Below, one piece after another: positions 10,495 through 21,300 of a DNA stretch of 64,000 nucleotides. The stretch is taken from assembly GCA_023145475.1 (NCBI GenBank), contig JAGLDR010000076.1, positions 5,488 to 69,487 on the forward strand, read 5' to 3'. Below the pieces are notes generated by a model. That model did not search any database. It saw nothing but the letters and a program-made list of their open reading frames with translations, and had not been told where the DNA came from. The position numbers and the translations under genes were made by a program. Position 1 is the first letter of the stretch, and every line of letters starts with the position of its first letter. Source of the DNA: a bacterium. Its GTDB lineage: Bacteria > UBP6 > UBA1177 > JAGLDR01.

Positions 10495-10970
10495 TAGATT
10501 TTCCCCTCATATATTACATGCATTTTTTTCACATTGTCTCGTCTAATCTCAAACTCATTTTTTTCATCATCTATCAAAACAAAAATTTCTTTCTCTTCGT
10601 CAACACTCTGCAAAATACCAGTAAATCGACGACGACCAGCAAGAGCCGTTCCTGTCGACACCTTTACTCGACTTCCGATAAAACGGGCAATATGATCCCA
10701 GCGACGAATTGATCTATCAAGCCCTGGACTGCTCACCTCAAGTCGATACTTAAACGAGAAAGAGTCAAGAGTATCTAACCAATCAGAAACGACAGGACTT
10801 ATTTTTGAACAGTCATCAAGCGATACCGCCTCGCCATTCATGCGTTCAATAAAAAGACGGAAAACGCCGTTTTCCCTGCCTGGTGTCTCAATATCCACCA
10901 CGGACAGCTCCATACTGTTGGCAATTTTTTCGATGTCATCAAACAAAGCTTTAGCTCTCTGCGCCCACAT
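10494..10970 (-). CDS. rimP: ribosome maturation factor RimP
   Basis: GRENGVFRLFIERMNG..SLDDCSKISP and LEVSSPGLDR motifs. The likely start is Met at 10970 (MWAQRAKALF); the 11048 start would add 26 non-conserved residues. Confidence 0.75.
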   Translation of the reverse strand: MWAQRAKALFDDIEKIANSMELSVVDIETPGRENGVFRLFIERMNGEAVSLDDCSKISPVVSDWLDTLDSFSFKYRLEVSSPGLDRSIRRWDHIARFIGSRVKVSTGTALAGRRRFTGILQSVDEEKEIFVLIDDEKNEFEIRRDNVKKMHVIYEGKI

Positions 10971-11174
10971 AGCCAATACCCCGTGTAAAGAGAAACAAAA
11001 GGACAGATCCGAGTGACAACTCGGTAAGAACTGGCAAACTTCTAACATATTTTAGAGAAAAAGCAAGGATTTTATAGAAAAACTCTACCAAAGAGAGAGT
11101 CACGCCACTACATTTCTTTTTGAGGTGTCTTGAGCTGATACATCCGTTCAACGAAGGAAACGACGAATGTGATA

Positions 11175-12737
11175 TTACAAATGTCTAAAGGTTCTCACTC
11201 CAGTGAATACCATCGCAATGTTATGCTCATTACACGCTGCGATAACTTCATCATCTCGCTTACTTCCACCTGGCTGAATAATGGCGACAATGCCGACTTC
11301 TGCAGCTCTGTCTACGCTGTCTCTAAATGGGAAAAAAGCATCAGACGAAAGGACACATCCCTTAATCTCTGAACGAGATTTTACAATCGCTTTTTCAAGG
11401 GCATCTATACGAGACATCTGTCCAGCACCAATACCGACAGCGCGATGATTTCGTGCAATGATAATCGCATTGCTTTTGACATGTTTTACTGCTTTTTGAG
11501 CAAAAAGGAGTGCATTCATCTCCTCTTCTGTCGGCTTCCTGTCACTGACAACGGTAAAATAGTTCGGAGTTAACACAAATCTATCTTTTGATTCAATCAA
11601 CAATCCGCCACTAATTTTCTTGTATTCGTAATCACTCTTATCGCTGACTTCCATAATCCCCGTTGCAATCAGTCTAAGATTTTTCTTTTTTGCAAAAATC
11701 TCTAGTGCAGCAGGAGAAAATGAGGGAGCTATCACAGCCTCAACAAAGAGAGAGCGCATCATCTCTGCTGTCTCTTGTCCGACCTCTCTATTTGTACCAA
11801 TAACAGAGCCAAAGGCGGAAACAGGATCAGTTTCTAATGCTGAAACATAGGCATCAAGCACATCTCTACCAATTGCAAGACCACACGGATTAGTATGCTT
11901 CATAATGGCAACCGCTGGCTGAGAAAACTCTTGCACGATTCCTTTTGCTGCATCTAAATCAATATAGTTGTTAAAGCTTAACTGCTTGCCTTGCAACGGT
12001 ATTGCTGAGGCCAAATCCCCTTTGCAAGCAACAGGATTAACATAAAGAGTTGCCGCCTGGTGTGGATTTTCTCCATATCGCAACTCTTTACTTTTAATAA
12101 AGTGAAGATGTAGCATATCGGGATGCTCACGCTCGACCTCACCTTGATGGTTAATCGTACTCAAATATGACGCGATATAACCATCGTATGATGCTGTATG
12201 AGAAAACGCCTTTGCCGAAAGAGAAAAACGAGTAGGCAAAGAGAGATGGTTGTCATTCTTCTCCATTTCACTCAGAATATTAAGATAATCTGTTGGATCG
12301 GTAACAATCGCAACATCACGAAAGTTTTTAGCAGCCGAACGAACCATTGTCGGTCCACCAATATCTATCTTTTCGATGATTGCCTCAAAAGAGCCACCTT
12401 GTTCAACAGTCTCACGAAATGGATAGAGATTAACAGCAACCAAATCAAAAGGCACCATTCCATGTTTATTCAGTGCTTCCATATGCTCTGGATTGTCTCT
12501 TTTTGCTAAAATACCACCATGAATTTTTGGGTGGAGCGTCTTAACTCGCCCATTCATCATTTCAGGATAGCCAGTGTAATCCTCTACCTTTTCGACACTG
12601 ATTCCAGCATCGTGAATCGCCTGCCATGTGCCTCCAGTAGAATAAAGAACGACTCCTTTTGCGGCCAGTGATTTTGCAAAATCAACCACACCATCTTTAT
12701 AAAAAACACTCAATAACGCTCGCTTGATTTCTCTCAT
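11175..12737 (-). CDS. purH: bifunctional AICAR transformylase / IMP cyclohydrolase
   Basis: 520 aa; ALLSVFYKDGVVDFA, LYSTGGT, KTLHPKIHGGIL and AVVSDAFFPFRD are canonical PurH motifs. Confidence 0.95.
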   Translation of the reverse strand: MREIKRALLSVFYKDGVVDFAKSLAAKGVVLYSTGGTWQAIHDAGISVEKVEDYTGYPEMMNGRVKTLHPKIHGGILAKRDNPEHMEALNKHGMVPFDLVAVNLYPFRETVEQGGSFEAIIEKIDIGGPTMVRSAAKNFRDVAIVTDPTDYLNILSEMEKNDNHLSLPTRFSLSAKAFSHTASYDGYIASYLSTINHQGEVEREHPDMLHLHFIKSKELRYGENPHQAATLYVNPVACKGDLASAIPLQGKQLSFNNYIDLDAAKGIVQEFSQPAVAIMKHTNPCGLAIGRDVLDAYVSALETDPVSAFGSVIGTNREVGQETAEMMRSLFVEAVIAPSFSPAALEIFAKKKNLRLIATGIMEVSDKSDYEYKKISGGLLIESKDRFVLTPNYFTVVSDRKPTEEEMNALLFAQKAVKHVKSNAIIIARNHRAVGIGAGQMSRIDALEKAIVKSRSEIKGCVLSSDAFFPFRDSVDRAAEVGIVAIIQPGGSKRDDEVIAACNEHNIAMVFTGVRTFRHL

Positions 12738-12768
12738 TTGTACCTCAATAAATATAGGTTAAAGATTA

Positions 12769-15021
12769 CTATTTAATAAGCCAAATTCTCATAAGTTCGA
12801 ATCGGTTATCACCATCGTTAGGAACATCCTTAAAGTTGGTGATATTGGCACGATAATCCTCTTGATAGAGTCCAATGTAGGGAATGTAATAGCTGTTTTT
12901 TGAATTAGCCGGAAGACGGACAGAGAGTGGGTGACGAACCAAGTCACCTTTTTTCCAATAGGTGGTTGGATATGCTCCCATTGCCATATTTTCATCACCT
13001 TTTGTACGCATATCTTTTTTGTCACCTTCATTGTGAAGGAAGACCATATAATCTTTTGGGATATTGCCTTGCAATGCTCTGAAATAAAGATCGATTTCAA
13101 TCGTTTGACCTGCTTTCGCCCACAGTTTCCCATCTCTCTTTTCAACATTTCCTTTGATGATTTTATAACTTTCTAGCTCTGCTATTTTATCAAAAATTGC
13201 ATGTGAGGAGACAGCGTCTGAAGGAATTGATTTTGGGCGATATTTTTTGACTGCATTTTCATCAAGTGCTCGCCCCTTTCCACTCACCCTCATTAAGAGA
13301 TTTTTCTGGCCTTTTTTAACAAGTGTTACCGTCTTACCAAGCCGTTTCATCAAATTGCTAAATCTCTTTTTGTCACTCTTTTTCATAATGACATACTGCG
13401 TTCCCGGCTTATTGAAAAAGCGTAAAACAGACTTCTCTTTATCTTTTTTGAGAAAGGTAATATCATTTTTAAGCCAAAATGATGAGCTTCGGCGAAACCA
13501 CTTGTAGTAATCAGCAATTGGTTCTCGCTTCGGACTTACTTCAAGATATTTATCAATAAGCGGTTTCAGAGAGTACGATCGAGATATAACCGGCATCGCA
13601 AACGCAAAATAGTAGAGCATAAAGAGAGCCGTTACGCTAAACATAATTCTGATAGCATTCTTGCGAAATTTATCATTAATAATAGCAATAAAGAGGGCAA
13701 GTCCAAAGATGGTGAAGGTAATCGCAATAACATAATCAAATGAGGGAACTCGCTCTAAACTTCTATTATTATAAAAGGTAATAAGATGCGCAAATATTCC
13801 ATATTTATTGCCTATATCTCTGCCAATAGCAGCAACAAGCAAGATAGCAACAACCACCTCAATCTTTTTACCTACACTCCACGAAGCACTAAACAGCCGA
13901 TCCAAATAGTAGCCAATCATAATGGCTAAAAATGGCAAGACAGGCGCAACATAGTGATAAAATTTTGTAGAGCTATATGAAAAGAAAAAATAGGGACCAA
14001 CAAACATTGAAAAGAGTAAAATATGCGTCCGAAATGAAGATGTTTTTGTCCTATCTTTGAAAAAATGATAGATGGCAGCAGGAATAAAAGCACTCCACGG
14101 GAACATAGCATATCCGATAATCTGTACATAGAGAGTATAGAGATCATTTGGTTTATGAATAACGCCCATCGCCCGCTTAAAGTGGTGAAACCAGATGAAA
14201 ATACGGATAAATTCAAATCCACCATCATACCACATATAGCCAACCCACGACATCACGACAGCAAGGTAGATTCCCATACCAATAAGGTGGTGTTTAAAGT
14301 TTCGCCATGAGAAAAAGATGGCAAAATCAAAGGTCAAAAGGAGATAAATCAGTAACGCCGCACCAGGGATTGAAACAGAGAGAAGCCCCTTTGCCAAAAA
14401 TGCCCACCCTTCAAGAAAATAGAAGATGTAGAGATAGAGATTTCTCCGAGGAATTTTCCATATTTTATCAGCAACATCGGTTTTTCGCATGACGATAAAT
14501 CGTGCTAAAAAGAGCATTGCCATCGTATTAAGAGCAAGAAAAGGAAGGTCAACCATAATGTGACGACTGAGCATAAAAAATTGCGGAGACATCATCAAAA
14601 TCAGTGTAGAGAAGAGAGCCGTTCTGCGACGAAACAGTGTTGAAAGAACAAGATAAAATGAGAACAAAAAGGTGACAGAAAAGAGCGCAATGGGCAATCT
14701 TCCCATAAATTCACCGATGGAGATGGCAAAAAACGGCATCTGCATCCAGAAAAGAAGAGGTGGTTTTGACCAAAAACGGTTACTGTTACGATACCAAAGT
14801 CGTGCAAAACTGTTGTGAGACATCGTCTCCCATGTTACCTGACTGTAGTGATTTTCCCATGGATCAAACAGGTGAAAGTTGCCAAGCATTGGAATATAGA
14901 GAAATGCCGCAAGAAGGAGGAGAGAGAGGGCAATTGCCCAATCAATCGGCTCTATTTTTTTGCCTCGTGTTTCACTCATCAAAGGAAACTGTTTTACTAT
15001 ATCTGAAATCTGTATCATCAA
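12769..15021 (-). CDS. GT-C fold membrane glycosyltransferase (PMT/ArnT-like, COG1807-type) with ~300-aa C-terminal soluble domain
   Basis: About 12 predicted TM helices in the first ~450 aa. The first periplasmic loop carries an acidic motif (FDPWENHY), reminiscent of the DE motif of PMT/ArnT enzymes. The long hydrophilic C-terminal extension is atypical. Confidence 0.55.
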   Translation of the reverse strand: MMIQISDIVKQFPLMSETRGKKIEPIDWAIALSLLLLAAFLYIPMLGNFHLFDPWENHYSQVTWETMSHNSFARLWYRNSNRFWSKPPLLFWMQMPFFAISIGEFMGRLPIALFSVTFLFSFYLVLSTLFRRRTALFSTLILMMSPQFFMLSRHIMVDLPFLALNTMAMLFLARFIVMRKTDVADKIWKIPRRNLYLYIFYFLEGWAFLAKGLLSVSIPGAALLIYLLLTFDFAIFFSWRNFKHHLIGMGIYLAVVMSWVGYMWYDGGFEFIRIFIWFHHFKRAMGVIHKPNDLYTLYVQIIGYAMFPWSAFIPAAIYHFFKDRTKTSSFRTHILLFSMFVGPYFFFSYSSTKFYHYVAPVLPFLAIMIGYYLDRLFSASWSVGKKIEVVVAILLVAAIGRDIGNKYGIFAHLITFYNNRSLERVPSFDYVIAITFTIFGLALFIAIINDKFRKNAIRIMFSVTALFMLYYFAFAMPVISRSYSLKPLIDKYLEVSPKREPIADYYKWFRRSSSFWLKNDITFLKKDKEKSVLRFFNKPGTQYVIMKKSDKKRFSNLMKRLGKTVTLVKKGQKNLLMRVSGKGRALDENAVKKYRPKSIPSDAVSSHAIFDKIAELESYKIIKGNVEKRDGKLWAKAGQTIEIDLYFRALQGNIPKDYMVFLHNEGDKKDMRTKGDENMAMGAYPTTYWKKGDLVRHPLSVRLPANSKNSYYIPYIGLYQEDYRANITNFKDVPNDGDNRFELMRIWLIK

Positions 15022-15035
15022 ATCCTCACAATAAC

Positions 15036-15341
15036 TTATAAAAAGAGCAACGAGCAGCCATCAGCTTTAATGCGCTCAGTTTTTATAGCATCTCTATCTG
15101 TATTTTCAGTCACATCTGGAAAATTGTAATCGTCATAGTTTGGCTCAACGGTATCACTGTCTGCTATCTCATTATCAGAATCGGCAACATCTTCATCAAC
15201 AGATGAGAGGTCACTATCAACTGCTACAAAATCGGCGTCACTTGTGAGTGTATCAACATCACCCTGCTCTGCGTCATAGTCAGCATAAAGTGTCAAGGTC
15301 AATAGTATCAAAAGCGTGAAAAACATCGTCAATCGTTGCAT
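15036..15341 (-). CDS. small secreted acidic Ser/Thr/Asp-rich protein
   Basis: 101 aa; N-terminal signal peptide (MFFTLLILLTLTLYA), then an acidic low-complexity body, ending ...DGCSLLFL. Its stop lies 14 nt upstream of the GT-C glycosyltransferase start, so the two are probably co-transcribed. Confidence 0.4.
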   Translation of the reverse strand: MQRLTMFFTLLILLTLTLYADYDAEQGDVDTLTSDADFVAVDSDLSSVDEDVADSDNEIADSDTVEPNYDDYNFPDVTENTDRDAIKTERIKADGCSLLFL

Positions 15342-15396
15342 AAAACCCTCCGTTAGTCGCTGTTATAGTAATCAAAATATTCACTTTTGCAAAAAA

Positions 15397-15425
15397 TTGA
15401 TTCTCTGGTAAATAATTTGTACAAT
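15397..15425 (+). promoter_or_regulatory. candidate sigma70 promoter (TTGATT-17-TACAAT) for the 15470 secreted-protein operon
   Basis: -35 TTGATT at 15397-15402, a 17-nt spacer, -10 TACAAT at 15420-15425, about 45 nt upstream of the GGAGG RBS and ATG at 15470. Confidence 0.35.
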
Positions 15426-15469
15426 TACGAAGCAAATTAGTGGGTACAACTTTTTTTGGAGGTCGTGTG

Positions 15470-17299
15470 ATGTTTAGATTCCTACCTGTTTTACTGATTT
15501 TCTCTTTTTTATCCCTTTCGGCGTTGTCGGACGCCAAGCAAATTTCAAGTGACGATACGCAAAAAAGATATGTCCGCAAGGTCGTTCTTGGTTTTGAGGC
15601 ATTAGCTTTTGAGCAAGATATGCTTGATGTGCCGATTAAGTATTGTGATGCCCGTGGCAAACGAACGAATTGCTCATGGTGGAATATTCGAGTGAAGTTT
15701 CCTCTTGATATGTCACAACGCCTCAAGGCTGGAAAAACTTTCTATGAGTGGACGGTAACTAACCGGTTTGACAAAGTTTTGGTGCAAGATGGTAAGATGT
15801 CACTGCATACGCGAAACGCGGTCAATGTTCAAAATATTGGCTCATTCCCCATTTTCAAGCCTGGTGTTTCATCGAACACCACCTTTAGAAATGATCTCGA
15901 ACACTATCTTAACGATGATTTAGCTCCTGTTTTCCAAAAGTTGATGGTAGATTCAGCAAAACAGCGGTATCAAGAGCTTCCTGAAAAAGAGCAGGCAACA
16001 TTTATTACGACCAAGGCGAAAGAGCTTGGAATGTCAGCAGGCGTCATCAGACAGTTGATGAATTCAGCTTTTGTCTTTGCCTCACATGTTGATAAGATAA
16101 ACGCAAGCGGAACGCTGACCTATTACTATGTCAAGACTATGAACGGTGGCAACTTGCCTCGTTGGGATATAAAATTTGATATTCCTATTCGTGTCTCTGT
16201 CTATATCTATCGTTACAGTCCTGAAAAACAAAAGTTTATTTCATACCGAGTGTGGCAGGCATACAGTGGCGGCGGAACAGGTGCATTTGATGTACAGACA
16301 ATGACTTTCTTGCCAAATAGAGCGCAGGTTACGGCCTCATTTAAAAACACCTATCAAACAGCAATTAAGGCTGCGGCAATCAATGCAAACTATCAGCTGA
16401 AAAAAGATGATAACTTCGCTATTTTTATGCCTATTTCTGGTGTTAATGGAAGCAAGTTAAAGGCGCCGTTTGGTGTGATTGAAGATATTAGAGTCGATCA
16501 CCCATTTTCAATTAGACAGAAGATTGATGGAAAGTGGAAGGTGACGGGATACGCTCGCGCTCGTAAAGTTGCTGTCAACTGCAAAGATGAACAGGCAGAA
16601 ACGACACTGCAACGAGTAAAAGGTAGCGCTGAAGAGGCTGACTTGCTGAGAGAATATCCGTGGACAGGACTCTTCTTCCAATTGGGATTGGGCAACAATG
16701 CTTTGTTGTTGTCGGGTAAAAATGGTAACGCTGATTTTGGAGGAATGCTTGGTGCTCCTGGTTTAGATTTGGGAATGGCAATTGATATGGGATACGCGAC
16801 AAACACCTCATGGCTGAGTGAATTTTATATCTCATTCTTTATGGGTGGCTCATATGGCGTTGAAGGAAATACAACATACGGAAATCCATTTAACTACTTT
16901 GGTGGTTTTGGATTTGATAAGCGATTTTATGTTGGCGCTGGCGGATTCTTTATTGGAATTGGAACACGACTTGCCTATATGGGTGGCGTTTCCGTTGGGG
17001 CAAATAACAGCTTAACTTATGGCACAATTGATATTAACCCGCGATTACAGTTTGGATGGAGTTTTACCCCAAAGTTTGAGCTGATTATAAACGCTGGATG
17101 GAACCTTGCATTTTTAATGCACGGAGATGCTGATGTTGGACTTGGCACTACTCCTGTCACAAATCTATATGAAACATTTTCACATGGATTGAATGCGGGC
17201 ATTACATTTAGTTTCCACCTGCCAGTTGTCAGTGCGATGAGCAAGATGTATAGCAAGCCTTCAAAAGAGTGTAAAAAGACAAAAACAGAGTCGAAATAA
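15470..17299 (+). CDS. secreted hypothetical protein (609 aa), Gly-rich beta-rich C-terminal region
   Basis: The GGAGG RBS and the signal peptide MFRFLPVLLIFSFLSLSALSDA favour the start at 15470 over the ORF start at 15440. The C-terminal third is rich in G/F/Y alternations (GGFGFDKRFYVGAGGFFIGIG), suggesting beta structure. No family recognised. Confidence 0.5.
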   Translation: MFRFLPVLLIFSFLSLSALSDAKQISSDDTQKRYVRKVVLGFEALAFEQDMLDVPIKYCDARGKRTNCSWWNIRVKFPLDMSQRLKAGKTFYEWTVTNRFDKVLVQDGKMSLHTRNAVNVQNIGSFPIFKPGVSSNTTFRNDLEHYLNDDLAPVFQKLMVDSAKQRYQELPEKEQATFITTKAKELGMSAGVIRQLMNSAFVFASHVDKINASGTLTYYYVKTMNGGNLPRWDIKFDIPIRVSVYIYRYSPEKQKFISYRVWQAYSGGGTGAFDVQTMTFLPNRAQVTASFKNTYQTAIKAAAINANYQLKKDDNFAIFMPISGVNGSKLKAPFGVIEDIRVDHPFSIRQKIDGKWKVTGYARARKVAVNCKDEQAETTLQRVKGSAEEADLLREYPWTGLFFQLGLGNNALLLSGKNGNADFGGMLGAPGLDLGMAIDMGYATNTSWLSEFYISFFMGGSYGVEGNTTYGNPFNYFGGFGFDKRFYVGAGGFFIGIGTRLAYMGGVSVGANNSLTYGTIDINPRLQFGWSFTPKFELIINAGWNLAFLMHGDADVGLGTTPVTNLYETFSHGLNAGITFSFHLPVVSAMSKMYSKPSKECKKTKTESK

Positions 17300-17319
17300 C
17301 TTTACTGTAGGAGTTGACG

Positions 17320-18240
17320 GTGAAAAAAGGAGTGTTACTATTTTTTACATTTTTATTGTTTTCCTGCAATTGCTCACCATCTCAACCCTCAACCGATTAT
17401 GACAATGATTCCGACACTCAACTCTCAACTGATCGCGACAGTGATCTTTCAACTCATCACGACAGTGATGCTACAACCGACACCGATTACGACTCACCCA
17501 TCACCGATTCCAATAACGACATCGCAACTGATGCTGATATTCATGAACAGTGCCTTGATCTGAGAATACAGCAAAATGTCATCAAATCGGGGTTTCCATT
17601 AAAGGACAAAAATGGAAAGATAACATTCTGCCGTCCAGAATGTGATACACCGACAGAGACAGATCCGCAGTGTGTCAGAAATATATGGGATTGGAACAAT
17701 TGGGGTGTCTATCAAACCTATCTGAATGATGAAGAAAAAAAGACCTCTCCAGAATGTTATCCGTGGCCATGTATCATCACAGAGATGAAGGCATCTCATA
17801 CAAATATGAAAAGTAGCTGTGATCGGTTTCTTGCCGTTAACAATTATGGTTCTTCAATGGGAACAATTTCTGATCTTCGCGTCAGTGAAGGAATCGCCGG
17901 AATTGAGATGGGAGGATATGTATCGGGATATAACTCACTGCGAGCAATGGCATATCACATTGAAAAAGATGCGTTTGAACCGGTTGGGTACAGTGGCGCT
18001 TATACTGGATTCAATTACGGAAGATTTCTTTTGACAACCGCAAACGGAGATTGGAGCAAAGAAACTTTCACACAAACATATATCATTTCAGCAAAAAGAA
18101 TGAGTGAAAACCATTGGAAATATGAAGTTATTTACGATGATGAGCAAAGGAAAAGTTATTGTCCAACAGTTTCCCCATGGACAAACAGCGTTATGTATGA
18201 AATGGGATTCGGCTCTTTTGATGGGCAATATCAGTTATGA
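17320..18240 (+). CDS. lipoprotein with acidic linker, paralogous module family A
   Basis: GTG start after a GGAG RBS gives MKKGVLLFFTFLLFSCNCS (lipobox), then a D/S/T-rich linker. The conserved module KSGFPLKDKNGKITFCRPECDTPTETDPQCVRNIWDWNNW...ECYPWPC is shared with the 22874-24400 protein. Confidence 0.5.
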   Translation: MKKGVLLFFTFLLFSCNCSPSQPSTDYDNDSDTQLSTDRDSDLSTHHDSDATTDTDYDSPITDSNNDIATDADIHEQCLDLRIQQNVIKSGFPLKDKNGKITFCRPECDTPTETDPQCVRNIWDWNNWGVYQTYLNDEEKKTSPECYPWPCIITEMKASHTNMKSSCDRFLAVNNYGSSMGTISDLRVSEGIAGIEMGGYVSGYNSLRAMAYHIEKDAFEPVGYSGAYTGFNYGRFLLTTANGDWSKETFTQTYIISAKRMSENHWKYEVIYDDEQRKSYCPTVSPWTNSVMYEMGFGSFDGQYQL

Positions 18241-18339
18241 AAAACACCTGCCGGAACAGTTCCAGCAATTCGAGATATCAAGTGCTGGTGTGAAGAAAAG
18301 GGATTGGGATGTGAGAGTGTCTTTAAATAACAGAAGGAA

Positions 18340-21300
18340 GTGATGAAAAATGTTCTAAGGTCTTTAAAATTAAAAGGAGTAGTTGCTGTAATATTCCTTA
18401 TTTTTGCAACACTTCATGCAACGGAAAGCTCAAACTATTATTCTGTGAGAGCTTACAACGCTTCGCCTGAAGCTGTTCAATTTCTTCAATCAAATATGGA
18501 AAAGATCTATTACGACCGTTATGGAATGCCGACTTATATAGTTAAGCTGGAAAATTTAAGTGTCCTGTCTCAGTATTCTGGGATAGAAGTTAACTTCGGT
18601 GTAACATCTTCTGAATACAACAGCATTGATCTTAATGAAACTGTTCCTTCTAAGTATAGTTGGGATTTTGGTAATACTGTTGACACTTCCCGTTCGGGAT
18701 GGAAAACTAAAGATTCCACTGGAAATGATTGGCCTGAACATGACTGGCCATCATATCCTGCGATGACAGTTGAATTGTTAAACAATGTTAATGATTATGT
18801 TACACAACAGTTGCCCGTAGAAGATATTGAACGGGTAGTTAGATCCAATATCGCCTCTGCACTTTATTTCATAGAATACAATATTGCCGCAGAATCTGTA
18901 TATAACAGCCGATGGGATCGTGAGGATTTCAACCCATCACTTGTAGACATTGATGCTGATAATGATCATTGTGTCGATTATTTTCCCAATGACTGTCTGT
19001 CTGCCAAGAATAAAGATAGTGATAACGATGGTGTAGTTGACGAACTAGATAACTGCCCCAATACTAAAAATCCGGGACAGACGGATTTTGATAAAGACGG
19101 GACAGGTGATTTGTGTGATCCATGTCCGAGACGATTCGGTTCAGCGACGGGTCTAGATAGTGACGGAGATGGAATAGATGATGGCTGTGATAACTGTCCA
19201 CTTCATTACAACAAACTTGAACCGATAAATCCTTTTAGTGAAATTATTTCTGCACCCATAAGTAAGTTTTTCAAAATAACTGATGAAAATAATGAACCCT
19301 TAAATAAAGGGCTGGAGCTTTATTATGAGGGCGGGGCTTTTTATTCAGGTGGTTATATTTATTATGCTTTTAGTGATATTAAAGAAGAGGATCTTGGTTA
19401 TTTTTTTACAGAAGAAGAGATTGAGTTCTACAATTCGAATCCCAATATTTTTGGTGATAAGTTCCTTTTATCCACTCCAATTTATCCTTTCAATGGAGTT
19501 CCTGTCACTTATTCTACAGAAATTGACCTGTTTAATGGAAGATCAGCTCTCTTCTTTTCGTTTAATTATCTCTGGCAACCTGACCATGATCTTGATGGCA
19601 TAGGTGATGTCTGTGATATGCCGGGCGAAGTTGTGAGAGAGAGGATTCCAACAATAGATGATGCTGGAAAACTCGTTCTTGATTCCGATGATAAAGCTCT
19701 GTTTGTTCCTCAAATAGGAGATGGATTTGCATACAATAAGATAAAAACAGTCAAAAACCTCACAACTCGAAAGGCATATTTGCCATGGATTGGGGGATAC
19801 GACGATACGGCGGTTAAAATAGAACTTCAAATGCCGCTTTACAGCAAGGATCCTCAAAGTTGCGTGACAAGATTCTCCTATCAAATTAATGATAATCTGA
19901 CACTTGATGACAATGTATGTCAGTCGGCAGTACATTTTTGTGCAGTGGATAAACGACTAAAACATCTCTGGGGAGAAGACGGTTACTGTTCGACATCAGA
20001 TAAAACAGAGCGATACAACGACAATTCAAATCTTGCAAAACCGCTTTTTCCGTTTGGCTTTAGCCACGGAAGTGATGATTTTTCAGAATCCTCAGTTTAT
20101 AGCTGGAGAATGCGAATATCATCCGCGAAAACAGGCAATTCTCTGAAAAATATGGGTTTTGAAACTGAATACTTATCAAATCCAAACAGTGATGTATACA
20201 GATCCATCCAACAGACTTCTACAACAGGAGAGAGTGTTTATTGGAATTGGAGACGAGATTGGTGGTATTGGAATGAATGTTACAGACCTGATAAAACAGA
20301 CGATCCCAGATGTCTGGCACTAAAAACTCCTCCAGAGCTGAGGGATAGTGAAAATACCATGTATTATGCGATTTCAACAAATATTGTTCCTGTGACAAAA
20401 GCTCAAGCATCTGCAGGAGATGTTCCCTCCTATAACAACGAAGCTACATCAATCAATAACAACTACTTTTTCAACAGCAAGGAAGACCGATTTTCCGGTT
20501 CTGATTTTTGGAAAAAAGATGCGTCAAAATACGGAAGAGCACACCGCTACAGTATGAATAAGATGGAGCTTAATTATCACGGAAAAGTATACTCAACACC
20601 CGACCCTGAAATAGATCCACCGATTGACCTTTCCAAGTTCCAAATGGAACTCTGCATTGATTGTTGGTGGAGAATACCTCTTACAATATTGGATGATGAG
20701 ATGATGAAATATCAACTTGGACGCTGGTCTCTTGAAAAAAGAATTGATAATGTATTGCACTTTTTTGCTGAACCTCTTTCCATTCCTGAAAACGCCATGC
20801 TTTTTATGAGCGCACCTGATAGTGGAGAACTCTTTTCTGTTGTCCAACATTCGGGACAAAATGAAGCTACAAGCTATACTTTAGAGATGAGTCCAAAAGA
20901 TGGTGGGATTGATTGGCAGATTATGGGAGCACTTGCATCATTTCCTGAATCTCTTAAAATCACTGCTGTTACTCCTCATCGCGGGCGTATTTATATCCTT
21001 GGACACACTCCTGATGCCTCAGAAGAAACTCTTTTTGCCATTACTCCTGAAACAATTCCCCCTGAAGGCATCACTCTTCCCAACTCTCAAGACAGACCTC
21101 AATTTGTTGTTAGCAATGTGAGTGTAACAGGAATAAGTGAGGACTCATTCGACGAAATACAAATAATATCTTCAGGAGAGAAGTTGTTCTTGGTTGGCTC
21201 TGATGCAACAGGAGGTGAAACAAAAACTTTTAAATTAAACACCGAAACGACACTGTTTGAAGAGGTAGCAGGTCAATCTCCTGCCTATCGTAAAATATAT

